From Candidatus Rifleibacteriota bacterium (lineage in GTDB: Bacteria; Muiribacteriota; Ozemobacteria; Ozemobacterales; Ozemobacteraceae), in contig JAHISQ010000054.1 in assembly GCA_018818125.1 (NCBI GenBank), forward strand, positions 66,514-130,513: a DNA stretch of 64,000 nucleotides. The letters run 5' to 3'. Position 1 is the first letter of the stretch, and every line of letters starts with the position of its first letter. Positions 9,447 to 19,387 of this stretch are shown in pieces. The notes beneath the pieces are model-generated. The model had not been told where the DNA came from, did no database searches, and saw only the letters and a list, made by a program, of their open reading frames with translations. Made by a program: the position numbers and the translations under genes.

Positions 9447-10112
9447 ATGATAGAAGATCTCAACCTGGCTAAAAACATCATTGCACGGAGAATTGCCCGG
9501 GAATTCAAAAGCAACCAGCTGGTCAATCTTGGAATTGGCCTGCCAACCCTTGTAGCTAACCATATCCCCGAGGGAATCAACGTGATTTTCCAGTCTGAAA
9601 ACGGCATGATCGGCATGGGGCCAGCACCTCAACCCGGCGAAGAAAACCCCGACATAACGAATGCCGGGGGGCAACTGGTATCCATACTTCCTTACGGATC
9701 CTATTTTGATTCCGCAACATCCTTTGCTCTGATTCGCGGAAAACACGTCGAATACACGGTATTGGGCGCTCTTGAGGTAGATCAGGAAGGCAGTCTTGCG
9801 AGCTGGATCATTCCAGGCAAAAAGGTTCCCGGAATGGGAGGCGCCATGGATCTGGTGGTCGGCGCTAAAAACGTCATTATTTCGACACTGCACACCGAGC
9901 GTGGCAAGCCGAAGATTCTCAAAAAATGCATTCTGCCACTCACCGCAAAACATGTCGTAAACATGATCGTAACCGAGCTGGCCGTATTCCGTGTTACCCC
10001 GGGTGGACTGGCACTTATCGAAATAAACAAAGACAGCAGTATCGAAGAAATAAAAGCCAACACTGCAGCAGATTTTATCGTTTCCGAACAACTTAAGGTA
10101 ATGGAAGTATAA
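9447..10112 (+). CDS. atoA: 3-oxoacid/acetate CoA-transferase subunit B
   Basis: It follows atoD with a 15-nt gap and a good RBS. It carries the conserved active-site region ...GMGGAMDLV... with the catalytic Glu context. Confidence 0.85.
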   Translation: MIEDLNLAKNIIARRIAREFKSNQLVNLGIGLPTLVANHIPEGINVIFQSENGMIGMGPAPQPGEENPDITNAGGQLVSILPYGSYFDSATSFALIRGKHVEYTVLGALEVDQEGSLASWIIPGKKVPGMGGAMDLVVGAKNVIISTLHTERGKPKILKKCILPLTAKHVVNMIVTELAVFRVTPGGLALIEINKDSSIEEIKANTAADFIVSEQLKVMEV

Positions 10113-10205
10113 CTCCGAGCTTTATTTTATTCTGACCCATTGGTATATTTGTCAACTCAGTAGAAAATTCATAAACTAACTTTAATTTATCGTATGCAAG
10201 GAGAA

Positions 10206-11249
10206 ATGATCGTGAAAAAAGGATGCCCCTACGGAACCCACAGAGTAATCGAACCCAAAGGCGTGCTACCACAGCCCGCAGACAAAATCGACAACACCAT
10301 GGTAATTTACGATAATGAAGTCCTTATCGATGTACAGACTCTTAACGTAGATTCAGCCAGCTTCACCCAGATCGAGAAGCAGGCGAACGGAAACCTCGAA
10401 GAAATCAAAAAAATAATGCTCGGCCATGTTGCCAAACAGGGCAAGCACAAAAATCCAGTAACTGGTTCAGGTGGAATGCTTATCGGTACCGTTAAAGAAA
10501 TCGGACCAGCTCTCAAAGGCAAGACAGATCTTAAAGTCGGCGACAAAATCGCCACCCTGGTTTCCTTATCACTGACTCCCCTGGTAATCGAAGAGATCCT
10601 GGAAATCAGACCAGACATCGACCAGGTCGACATCAAAGGCCAGGCCATTCTGTTCGAAAGCGGTATTTATGCCATTCTGCCCAAAGACATGCCCGAAAAT
10701 CTGGCGCTGTCAGTATTAGACGTTGCCGGCGCCCCTGCACAGGTTGCCAAGTTGGTTCGCCCTGGCAATACAGTTGTAGTAATCGGTGGTGGCGGGAAAT
10801 CAGGAATGCTATGCCTCTATGAAGCAAAGAAACGAGCTGGCGTAACTGGCAAAGTTATCTGCATTGGCGGCAGCGAAAAAAGCACAAATCGCGCTAAGAG
10901 TCTGAATCTTGCCGATGTTTATTTTGCAGCAGATGCAACCAACGCCATTGAAATGTACAACAAAGTTATGGAACACACTGACGGCAAACTGGCCGATATC
11001 GTCATCAACTGCGTAAACATTCCTAACACAGAAATGGCTAGCATTCTGACATGCAAAGAAGACGGAACCGTTTATTTCTTCAGTATGGCTACCAGCTTCA
11101 CCCAGGCGGCTCTTGGCGCCGAAGGTGTTGGTAAGGATGTTAACATGATCATCGGCAATGGTTATTCAAAAGGGCACGCAGCAATATCACTGCAGATTAT
11201 GCGCGAAAGTCCTGAATTACGAAAGCTTTTTGAAGAAATGTTCTGCTAA
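10206..11249 (+). CDS. kdd: L-erythro-3,5-diaminohexanoate dehydrogenase
   Basis: MIVKKGCPYGTHRVIEPKGVLPQPADKIDN...GSGGMLIGTV...LKVGDKIATLVSLSLTPL closely parallels Clostridium/Fusobacterium Kdd. The start was taken at the ATG 5 nt downstream of the aaggag RBS. The ORF track starts 12 nt earlier. Confidence 0.85.
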   Translation: MIVKKGCPYGTHRVIEPKGVLPQPADKIDNTMVIYDNEVLIDVQTLNVDSASFTQIEKQANGNLEEIKKIMLGHVAKQGKHKNPVTGSGGMLIGTVKEIGPALKGKTDLKVGDKIATLVSLSLTPLVIEEILEIRPDIDQVDIKGQAILFESGIYAILPKDMPENLALSVLDVAGAPAQVAKLVRPGNTVVVIGGGGKSGMLCLYEAKKRAGVTGKVICIGGSEKSTNRAKSLNLADVYFAADATNAIEMYNKVMEHTDGKLADIVINCVNIPNTEMASILTCKEDGTVYFFSMATSFTQAALGAEGVGKDVNMIIGNGYSKGHAAISLQIMRESPELRKLFEEMFC

Positions 11250-11282
11250 GGTCTAAAGCGCCAGCAGAGAAAGGAACCTGCT

Positions 11283-12554
11283 TTGAACAGCAAATATACT
11301 AAAGATGAACACCTTCAACGCCGTCGCAAATTGTTTCCAGAAGTCAGCGATACTGACTGGAATGACTGGAAATGGCAGGTAAAGAACCGCATCGAAACTG
11401 TCGACGAGCTTGGCAAACACGTAAAGCTGACCGGCAAGGAAATCGAAGGCATAAAAGACTGCCTGGCCACGCTGCGCATGGCAATCACTCCGTATTATCT
11501 GACGCTTATCGATCCAGACAATCCGAATGACCCGGTTCGAAAGCAGGCGATTCCGACAGGCTTTGAGCTTTACAGATCGCCGGCCGACCTTGAAGATCCG
11601 CTGCACGAAGATGGTGATTCACCAGTTCCAGGGTTGACTCACCGTTACCCTGACCGCGCGCTCCTGCTGGTAACGGATCAGTGCTCAATGTATTGTCGAC
11701 ACTGCACCAGACGCCGCTTCGCCGGGCAAAAAGACACATCAATGCCGGCAGGTCATATCGAAAAGGCAATTGAGTACATTTCAAAACACCCGCAGATTCG
11801 CGACGTGGTAATCTCTGGTGGTGATCCACTGCTGCTCTCTGAAAACAAACTCGAAGGTATCCTGCAGAAACTCAGAGCCATACCGCACGTAGAAATCATC
11901 AGAATCGGCACGAGAACCCCGGTAGTAATGCCGCAGCGCATCACTACCGAACTTTGTGACATGCTCAAAAAGTATCATCCGATCTGGGTCAACACGCATT
12001 TCAATCACCCCAGGGAAATCACCACCGATGCTGCCCGCGCCTGCGATCTGATCAGTATGGCCGGTATTCCTATCGGCAATCAGTCTGTTCTGCTCGCCGG
12101 CGTTAATGACTGCGTGCATGTCATGAAAAACCTCGTGCATGAGCTCGCAAAGGTCAGAGTAAGACCTTACTACATCTATCAATGTGACCTCTCTTATGGA
12201 CTTTCACATTTCCGTACGCCGGTCTCCAAGGGAATCGAAATAATAGAAGCTCTTCGCGGCCATACCAGCGGCTTCTGCGTGCCGACCTATGTTGTAGATG
12301 CACCAGGTGGCGGTGGAAAGATTCCGGTTATGCCGAATTACCTCATTTCGAGTGGCTACGAAAAGACCATTCTACGCAACTATGAAGGCGTTATCACCTG
12401 TTACAACGAGCCGGAAGATTATCGCCCAAGCTGCACCTGCGAAGCTTGCCAGAAGGGTAACGTCGAAATAGAAGGCGTTGCAGGTCTGCATCATGGCAAG
12501 ATATCACTCGAACCGGTAGGATTAAAACGAAAACAACGCGGAAAGAGAACATGA
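11283..12554 (+). CDS. kamA: Lysine 2,3-aminomutase (radical SAM)
   Basis: It has the CSMYCRHCTRRR radical-SAM cysteine triad and the KamA N-terminal W-rich region (DWNDWKWQVKNRI). The probable start codon is TTG. Confidence 0.9.
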   Translation: MNSKYTKDEHLQRRRKLFPEVSDTDWNDWKWQVKNRIETVDELGKHVKLTGKEIEGIKDCLATLRMAITPYYLTLIDPDNPNDPVRKQAIPTGFELYRSPADLEDPLHEDGDSPVPGLTHRYPDRALLLVTDQCSMYCRHCTRRRFAGQKDTSMPAGHIEKAIEYISKHPQIRDVVISGGDPLLLSENKLEGILQKLRAIPHVEIIRIGTRTPVVMPQRITTELCDMLKKYHPIWVNTHFNHPREITTDAARACDLISMAGIPIGNQSVLLAGVNDCVHVMKNLVHELAKVRVRPYYIYQCDLSYGLSHFRTPVSKGIEIIEALRGHTSGFCVPTYVVDAPGGGGKIPVMPNYLISSGYEKTILRNYEGVITCYNEPEDYRPSCTCEACQKGNVEIEGVAGLHHGKISLEPVGLKRKQRGKRT

Positions 12555-12557
12555 GTC

Positions 12558-13634
12558 ATGCCAGACCGCCTGACCGAGCTGGTAGCGGACTGTAACTGCC
12601 TGGCGATTATCGGCACCGAAAAAAACGCCGGCAAAACTACAGTTCTGAACCATCTGCTCGCAACTGATCGAAGGCCAGGGCAGGCAATAACTTCGATCGG
12701 GTATGACGGCGAGAATGTCGATCAGGTAACTGGCACCGACAAGCCCGTAATTTACGTTGGCCGTGGCACATTGGTTGCCACGGCCAACGATCTTATCGGG
12801 CAGTGTGATTTTACACGTGAACTCGTCAGATTCACCAATCTTTACACTCCTCTCGGTGAAGTAGTGATTTTGCGAGCTTTAAGCGATGGTTACGCGCAAA
12901 TTGCCGGACCATCAACAACAGGACAGATGGCTATACTCACCCGAATGCTGCAGCAGGAAAAAGCAGGTCGCATTATTATTGACGGCGCAGCAGCTCGTAA
13001 ATCTACTGCAGCGGTTACTACTGCTGACGGCTGCATTCTTGCTACCGGAGCGTCTTATTCGCCGGATCCCGAAAAAGTTGTTGAGCACACCACCCATATT
13101 GCAGCACTTTTGACTCTGCCAGCCGCAAAAAACCTGCCAGACGTTATAAAACAGGCATACCAAAAAGTAGAAAATCAGGTTGCAAACGACATGGGAGCCA
13201 GACAGGCCGCAGATTGCATGCTGGTTGATGGCAACGAAAATATTATTATCACTGGCAACAGCCTTGAAGACAGCACAGCGGAGCTGATTGCAACGCACAG
13301 CAGCAAACCTCTGTGCGTCTACTTTACCGGCGCAATTACCGCCCGACTTGTACAAAAACTACTTGAACGCAGCCGTGAGCTCAGAGATCTCAAGTTAATC
13401 GCCGCCGACGGCACCAGATTTCTATTAAGCGCAACCCAGTTGAGTGAGCTCAAACGGCGCGGCGTACAACTTCTGGTAATCAAGCCGGTTAATCTGCTGG
13501 CCGTGACCGTTAACCCCTGGTCACCCGAAGGCTTCTACCTCGACAGCAACTCGCTGTGCGCACGGCTGAAAACCGTGCTTTCTGTTGAGGTTTTCGATAT
13601 AATGGCTGACAAAGCTACCAGCAAAGTCTTATGA
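12558..13634 (+). CDS. P-loop NTPase of unknown family (lysine-fermentation cluster-associated)
   Basis: It has the Walker A motif GTEKNAGKTT near the N-terminus. It is tightly packed, 3 nt after kamA, and overlaps the next gene by ATGA. Confidence 0.6.
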   Translation: MPDRLTELVADCNCLAIIGTEKNAGKTTVLNHLLATDRRPGQAITSIGYDGENVDQVTGTDKPVIYVGRGTLVATANDLIGQCDFTRELVRFTNLYTPLGEVVILRALSDGYAQIAGPSTTGQMAILTRMLQQEKAGRIIIDGAAARKSTAAVTTADGCILATGASYSPDPEKVVEHTTHIAALLTLPAAKNLPDVIKQAYQKVENQVANDMGARQAADCMLVDGNENIIITGNSLEDSTAELIATHSSKPLCVYFTGAITARLVQKLLERSRELRDLKLIAADGTRFLLSATQLSELKRRGVQLLVIKPVNLLAVTVNPWSPEGFYLDSNSLCARLKTVLSVEVFDIMADKATSKVL

Positions 13635-15085
13635 ACAATCAGAAACCATACCAACCAGCAACCGCAGTTACTGCCTGGGTTCTCGCTAACCTGAACCTGA
13701 GTTCACCCTATGGCCGCAAAGCTCTCAAAACATTACGACCAGCCCGTTCCCAAGACCGTGAGCACCTCGAAAACTCACTTGATGAGCTTACAGTGCTCAT
13801 CGATTTTTGCCGCCAGAATCGTGAGTTCGGGCAAAAGGCACATGGAATTTTCAGACAGCTGCGCAATATCGCCGGATCAGTGCTAAATCTGCAAGAAGAG
13901 TTAGTTCCTGACGAAACCGAGCTTTTCGAAATCAAGCTCTTTGCCATGCAGCTCTGCGAAATGGCTGCCCTGGTGAACAATTCAGATCTTAAGCTTACAA
14001 GCATTCTTTTTGAGGATCTCAAACCTCTGGTCAGACTTCTGAACCCTGACGAGATGATAGTATCTTCCTTTTATCTGCACGAAAGCTATTCTACTGAACT
14101 TAAGAATATCAGAAACGAAAAAAGACTTCTCGAAAACCAGATTCTGGCAGCGACCGACCCGCACCTGGCAGATCAACTTCGCCACCAGCGCAGCGAACTG
14201 GTGCGTTGCGAAAGAGAGCAGGAATATCAGATCAGAAAAACACTTGGGCAACAGCTAAAGCCGTGGCTACAACATCTGAACAAGAGCATGAACATGTTTG
14301 GACACTTTGAGTTACTTCTAGCCAAGGCTGAAGCAGCCGTGACCTGGCCGTCATGCCGACCCCGGATCAGTGAAAGTGAAATGCCACTACAGGCTGTAGA
14401 AGCAATAAATCCACAGATGTACGAAATTCTCAAAGTCCAGGGCAAAGAGTTTACGCCGGTCACGCTGGAAGTGATCAGAGGCACCACACTGATTACCGGT
14501 GCGAATATGGGCGGAAAAAGCGTTGCCTTGATGACAATAGCCACTAACGCGGAGCTGGTGCGCCTTGGCTTTTTTGCATTTGCCGCCGAATTCAGCATGC
14601 CCTTATTTGACTATATTTATCTGATTGCTGGCGACGGGCAGAATCAGGCAGTCGGTCTCAGCAGCTTTGGCGCTGAAATGATGCAACTCAAGGAACTTAC
14701 CGAACTGACCCGGCAAGGCAGTGGCCTTGCCGTTTTCGATGAATTTGCCAGATCAACCAACCCTTACGAAGGCAGACGCTTTGTTCAAGCCTTGGGGGAA
14801 TTTATGCAGCAGTCAGACTTGCATGGCGTCATTGCCACTCATTACGACGGCATAGACCTGCCGAGAGCAGTCTGCTATCAGGTTGTCGGCCTCAAGAACA
14901 AAAATATTATCCTGCCTGATTCTACAGATTCGCGCGCGCTGATCGACAATCTTTGCGCCAACATGGATTACCGGTTGCGAAAACTCGACGGACACAGCGA
15001 GGTACCGCACGACGCACTGCACATAGCCACTCTACTTGATGCCGACCCGCGCTTTCTCAGTTTATTAAAAAAACTATACAACTAA
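13631..15085 (+). CDS. MutS domain V-type ATPase (MutS2-like ABC ATPase, no mismatch-binding domain recognised)
   Basis: It has the Walker A motif ITGANMGGKS, a MutS-type signature/Walker B region (AVFDEFARSTNPYEG), and HYDG. Confidence 0.7.
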   Translation: MNNQKPYQPATAVTAWVLANLNLSSPYGRKALKTLRPARSQDREHLENSLDELTVLIDFCRQNREFGQKAHGIFRQLRNIAGSVLNLQEELVPDETELFEIKLFAMQLCEMAALVNNSDLKLTSILFEDLKPLVRLLNPDEMIVSSFYLHESYSTELKNIRNEKRLLENQILAATDPHLADQLRHQRSELVRCEREQEYQIRKTLGQQLKPWLQHLNKSMNMFGHFELLLAKAEAAVTWPSCRPRISESEMPLQAVEAINPQMYEILKVQGKEFTPVTLEVIRGTTLITGANMGGKSVALMTIATNAELVRLGFFAFAAEFSMPLFDYIYLIAGDGQNQAVGLSSFGAEMMQLKELTELTRQGSGLAVFDEFARSTNPYEGRRFVQALGEFMQQSDLHGVIATHYDGIDLPRAVCYQVVGLKNKNIILPDSTDSRALIDNLCANMDYRLRKLDGHSEVPHDALHIATLLDADPRFLSLLKKLYN

Positions 15086-15157
15086 AAATACTGCGTTTTT
15101 GCAGATTTGGCGGTATAATTTACCCGCAAAATATTTGAAAAACAGTAAGGGAAGACG

Positions 15158-16717
15158 ATGAAAAGCAAGCTGAATCTGGATTCTGTTGCAGTTGAAAAAG
15201 CACGACAAGCAGCCCGAGCCATCGCAGAAGACACCCAGAGGTTTATTCTGCAGCATACAAGCGTCACCATCGAACGCACCTGTGCGCGCCTACTTGGAAT
15301 CGACGGCGTCGATTCCTATGGAGTTCCGCTGCCCAACCTGATTGTAGACAACATCAAAAACAACAATGGTCTGAGTCTCGGGTTGTCTGCCTATCTTGGT
15401 AATGCCATGATACAAACAGGCAAAACACCGCAGCAGATAGCTGAAGCGGTTGCCGCTGGCGAACTCGACATTACAAAGCTTAAAATGGCAGAGATGTTCG
15501 AGATCAGAGCGAAAATCGATATAATTGCCCGCCAGACCATGGATCGCATCAGTGCCAATCGCCAGCAGCGCGAGCAGTACCTTGCCCGCTTTGGTGACAA
15601 AAAAGGCCCATATCTCTACGTAATCGTGGCCACCGGAAATATTCACGAAGACATTATACAAGCCAGAGCTGCTGCTGCGCAGGGTGCCGATGTAATCGCC
15701 GTAATCAGAACCACCGGCCAGAGTTTGCTTGATTTTGTGCCTTTTGGTGCTACCACCGAAGGTTTTGGCGGTACTTTTGCCACCCAGGAAAACTTTCGAC
15801 TGATGCGTGAGGCCCTTGATGAAGCGTCAGAAAAACATGGTCGTTACATTCGCCTTTGCAACTACTGTTCGGGCCTGTGCATGCCAGAAATGGCAGCTAT
15901 GGGCGCGCTTGAACGCCTCGACATGATGCTCAACGATGCACTATACGGGATACTTTTCCGCGATATTAACATGCAACGCACCATGATCGATCAGTATTTT
16001 TCGCGCATGATCAACGGTTTTGCCGGCGTTATTATCAACACCGGAGAAGACAACTATCTGACCACCGCTGATGCTGTCGAAGAGGCTCACACCGTATTGG
16101 CTTCGCAGTTTATTAACGAGCAATTTGCGCTTCTTTCTGGGCTTTCAGAAGAGCAAATGGGACTTGGACATGCATTCGAAATTACGCCAGACCTCAAAAA
16201 CGGCTTTCTTTACGAACTAGCACAGGCTCAGATGGCACGAGAGATCTTTCCAAAGGCGCCGCTCAAATACATGCCGCCAACCAAGTTCAAAACCGGCAAC
16301 ATTTTCAGAGGTCATGTTCAGGATACTCTGTTCAACATGGTCACCATCATGACTGGCCAGAAGGTGCATTTACTCGGCATGTTGACTGAAGCGATCCACA
16401 CCCCGCTGATGTCTGACCGCGCCCTGTCGATCGAAAATGCCCGTTACATTTTCAATACTATGGCTGATCTGGGTGACGAGATCGAATTCAAGAGCGACGG
16501 TATAATAGCCAGTAGAGCCAATCAGGTGCTTCGAGAAGCTTGCGCCATGCTCGAAACAATCAAGCATGACGGCCTGTTCAAGACCCTGGAAATGGGAAAA
16601 TTTGCAGGCGTCAAGCGCCCGCTAAACGGTGGCAAGGGGCTCGATGGCGTCGCGACGAAACAGGAAGGTTACTTTAACCCGTTCATTGAACTGATGCAGC
16701 AGGGAGGTAAGTCATGA
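15158..16717 (+). CDS. kamD: Beta-lysine (D-lysine) 5,6-aminomutase alpha subunit
   Basis: It is 519 aa with a PLP-binding TIM-barrel subunit signature. It overlaps kamE by ATGA. A perfect TATAAT lies 40 nt upstream. Confidence 0.9.
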   Translation: MKSKLNLDSVAVEKARQAARAIAEDTQRFILQHTSVTIERTCARLLGIDGVDSYGVPLPNLIVDNIKNNNGLSLGLSAYLGNAMIQTGKTPQQIAEAVAAGELDITKLKMAEMFEIRAKIDIIARQTMDRISANRQQREQYLARFGDKKGPYLYVIVATGNIHEDIIQARAAAAQGADVIAVIRTTGQSLLDFVPFGATTEGFGGTFATQENFRLMREALDEASEKHGRYIRLCNYCSGLCMPEMAAMGALERLDMMLNDALYGILFRDINMQRTMIDQYFSRMINGFAGVIINTGEDNYLTTADAVEEAHTVLASQFINEQFALLSGLSEEQMGLGHAFEITPDLKNGFLYELAQAQMAREIFPKAPLKYMPPTKFKTGNIFRGHVQDTLFNMVTIMTGQKVHLLGMLTEAIHTPLMSDRALSIENARYIFNTMADLGDEIEFKSDGIIASRANQVLREACAMLETIKHDGLFKTLEMGKFAGVKRPLNGGKGLDGVATKQEGYFNPFIELMQQGGKS

Positions 16718-17502
16718 GCAGCGGATTATACTCAACTAAAGTCAAAGATTTTTGCCAGACACTCGATTTGACTAAAGTAAAACCCTACGGCGACACCATG
16801 AACGATGGCAAGGTTCAGCTTAGCTTCACCCTGCCGATTGCAGATGATGAGCGCGCAATTGAAGCAGCGCGTCAGATTGGCGTCAAAATGGGTCTCAACG
16901 AAGTGCTGGTCGCTCACCATGAAGCTCTTGACAAGGAATTTACCTTTTTTGTGGTATACGGCAGTCTGGCTCAAACCATTGATGTAACCACAATCAAGGT
17001 CAACACCATCAACAGTCAGGTTCTTGACATGCATGGCGTAGACGATTTCATCAAGCAGAACATCGGACGCAAGCTCGTAGTTGTAGGGGCAAGCACCGGC
17101 ACAGATGCACATACCGTCGGCATTGACGCCGTCATGAACATGAAAGGCTATGCCGGTCATTACGGTCTTGAACGCTATGAAATGATTGAGGCTTACAATC
17201 TCGGCAGTCAGGTGGCGAATGAAGATTTCGTAAAAAAAGCAACCGAGCTGAATGCCGATGTATTATTGGTTTCACAAACCGTCACCCAGAAAGATGTGCA
17301 TGTCAGCAACCTGGTCGAACTGGTCGAACTGCTTGAAGCAGCACGCCTGCGTGACAAGGTTATTCTTATTGCCGGCGGACCCCGCATTAACAACGAACTG
17401 GCTAAAGAGCTCGGCTACGACGCCGGCTTCGGACCAGGCAAGTTTGCCGAGCATGTAGCTTCATTCTTTATCGATGAATTCGTCAGGCGCAACAAAAAAT
17501 AG
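16714..17502 (+). CDS. kamE: Beta-lysine 5,6-aminomutase beta subunit (cobalamin-binding)
   Basis: It has the B12-binding DxHxxG motif (GTDAHTVGID) in a Rossmann-like C-terminal domain. It is 262 aa. Confidence 0.9.
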   Translation: MSSGLYSTKVKDFCQTLDLTKVKPYGDTMNDGKVQLSFTLPIADDERAIEAARQIGVKMGLNEVLVAHHEALDKEFTFFVVYGSLAQTIDVTTIKVNTINSQVLDMHGVDDFIKQNIGRKLVVVGASTGTDAHTVGIDAVMNMKGYAGHYGLERYEMIEAYNLGSQVANEDFVKKATELNADVLLVSQTVTQKDVHVSNLVELVELLEAARLRDKVILIAGGPRINNELAKELGYDAGFGPGKFAEHVASFFIDEFVRRNKK

Positions 17503-17609
17503 TCGTCAGACCAATCTAAAATTAGCTATCTCTGCAGCCGTTTCACTTACATCCAGTAAGCGCAACGGCATGTTTTTGTACATGACAAAAATTTGCACCA
17601 GAACCCTCG

Positions 17610-18674
17610 TCAGAGCCATTTGTGGCGGCGAAAAAATGCAAGCATGCTCATCGCAACAACTAACATGAAAAGAACCACAAAATAAAAACCTCCATCTGTC
17701 TGCCCGGGCATGTGTTCAAAATTCATGCCGTAAACGCCGGCTATAAAGGTCAAAGGTATAAAAATTGTCGCAATAATGGTAAGAGTGCGCATAATCTCGT
17801 TCATGCGCATACTTATATTTGAAATATAAAGGTCGTATACACCGATTGACACTTCGCGCAGCGTTTCCGATGTTTCGAGAACCTGCACAGTGTGGTCGTA
17901 AATATCGCGAAAATAGATAGTGCTCTCAGGCTTGATTATTGGCGATTCACTCCGCAACAGTGCTGCTGCAATCTCACGTAGAGGCCATGAAATTTTACGC
18001 ATATAAAACAGCCGCATTTTAAGTTTATGCACATCTCTGCCTTCAAATCCGTCTGGAGTGGTCAAAAGCGTAAGTTCAAGTTCTTCAAGAGCACCGGCAA
18101 GACACTCAAGAACAACGAAGTAATTGTCAATTATGACATCGACAAGCGAAAGTGCCAGATAATCCGAAGCCATGCCGCGAACACGCCCGATATTTTTGCG
18201 CAAGCGCTCACGGATCGGGTCAAAAACATCGCCGGGTCTTTCCTGAAAAGTTAATACGTAATTTTTGCCAACAACAAAGCTGACCTGCTCACTGGTTAAA
18301 TGCTCATCAGCACCGATACCAATCATTTTTACAATGATTAGCAGGTAGTTGTCAAAAGTTTCCAGTTTTGGGCGATGATCGGGGTTGAGAATGTCTTCTA
18401 TCGAAAGCGGATTAATCTCAAATATTTCAGCCGTCTTACGCAACAGTTCGACATCGCCAAGTCCGTAGTAACAGAGCCATGAAATACCTTCAGATTTACG
18501 GATCTGTTCTAATCCGGTTGCATCAATCAGTTGGCCTTCAGAGCAATGATTCTGATCATAGTTAAAAAGCTCAATAGTAGTCTTGCCAGACCTGTCTGGA
18601 GCAAAATTGGCAATAGTTCCCTGTGGATTCCCAGCCTTTGATCCAGCGATCCCTTTTTTGACAAATGACAGCAT
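17610..18674 (-). CDS. corA: Mg2+/Co2+ transporter CorA
   Basis: It has the C-terminal GMN motif (GVYGMNFEHMP) followed by two TM helices. The start was chosen at MLSFVKK, preceded by a gggagg RBS. Confidence 0.85.
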   Translation of the reverse strand: MLSFVKKGIAGSKAGNPQGTIANFAPDRSGKTTIELFNYDQNHCSEGQLIDATGLEQIRKSEGISWLCYYGLGDVELLRKTAEIFEINPLSIEDILNPDHRPKLETFDNYLLIIVKMIGIGADEHLTSEQVSFVVGKNYVLTFQERPGDVFDPIRERLRKNIGRVRGMASDYLALSLVDVIIDNYFVVLECLAGALEELELTLLTTPDGFEGRDVHKLKMRLFYMRKISWPLREIAAALLRSESPIIKPESTIYFRDIYDHTVQVLETSETLREVSIGVYDLYISNISMRMNEIMRTLTIIATIFIPLTFIAGVYGMNFEHMPGQTDGGFYFVVLFMLVVAMSMLAFFRRHKWL

Positions 18675-18784
18675 TTTCGACCTCCCGGTGGCGTAATTCG
18701 ATTGTAACACAGCGTACTACCGCAGAAAAAAGAGATTTGGCAATTTCTGACAAATAGGATTATAATTGCTGAAATCCTGATCAG

Positions 18785-19375
18785 GTGGTTGATCTTGTGA
18801 GCAGTTGGCATTTTATTAAGCAATTTTGCAGTGAGCCGCGTACAATCGGGGCAATTGCACCCAGTTCAAAAAAACTGGCAAATCGAATGCTTCAACAGAT
18901 TGATTTTGACCGCGCGCGTGTCATTGTCGAATACGGTCCTGGTACCGGTGTTTTTACCCGACAAATACTGAGTAAGATCAATCTCGACAAAACCATTTTT
19001 TTCGGGCTCGAGCTTAACGAGCAGATGAACCGCATCGCCTGCACCCATGCGCCAGAAATATCTATTTTTCAGGATTCTGCATCTGAGGTAAGGAAATATC
19101 TCAACCATCATGGCGTCGAACACGCCGACGCGATAATCAGCGGACTGCCATGGGCAGCATTTTCAGAAAAACTGCAGGATGAGATTCTTGAAGAAACTGT
19201 CGCAGGCCTGCCTGAGGGCGGTTTTTTTTCAACCTTTGCCTACCTGCATGGCCTGATTTTGCCATCTGGCATACGCTTTCGCAGCAAACTCAAACAACAT
19301 TTTTCCGAAGTAAAAATCAGTCCGGTAGTGTGGGGCAACATTCCACCGGCAATCGTTTACTGGTGCAGGAAATAG
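18785..19375 (+). CDS. Class I SAM-dependent methyltransferase (COG3963-like small MTase)
   Basis: It has the VEYGPGTGVFT SAM-binding motif I and an N-terminal PRTIGAIAPSS motif typical of the family. Confidence 0.6.
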   Translation: MVDLVSSWHFIKQFCSEPRTIGAIAPSSKKLANRMLQQIDFDRARVIVEYGPGTGVFTRQILSKINLDKTIFFGLELNEQMNRIACTHAPEISIFQDSASEVRKYLNHHGVEHADAIISGLPWAAFSEKLQDEILEETVAGLPEGGFFSTFAYLHGLILPSGIRFRSKLKQHFSEVKISPVVWGNIPPAIVYWCRK

Positions 19376-19387
19376 AACTCTGATCAA

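Noticed and set aside
8766-10091. 441-aa ORF on the minus strand spanning atoD/atoA
   Set aside because: It is entirely antisense to two well-supported CoA-transferase genes. Its translation is Cys/Phe/Asn-rich nonsense with no motif or RBS, a typical shadow ORF.
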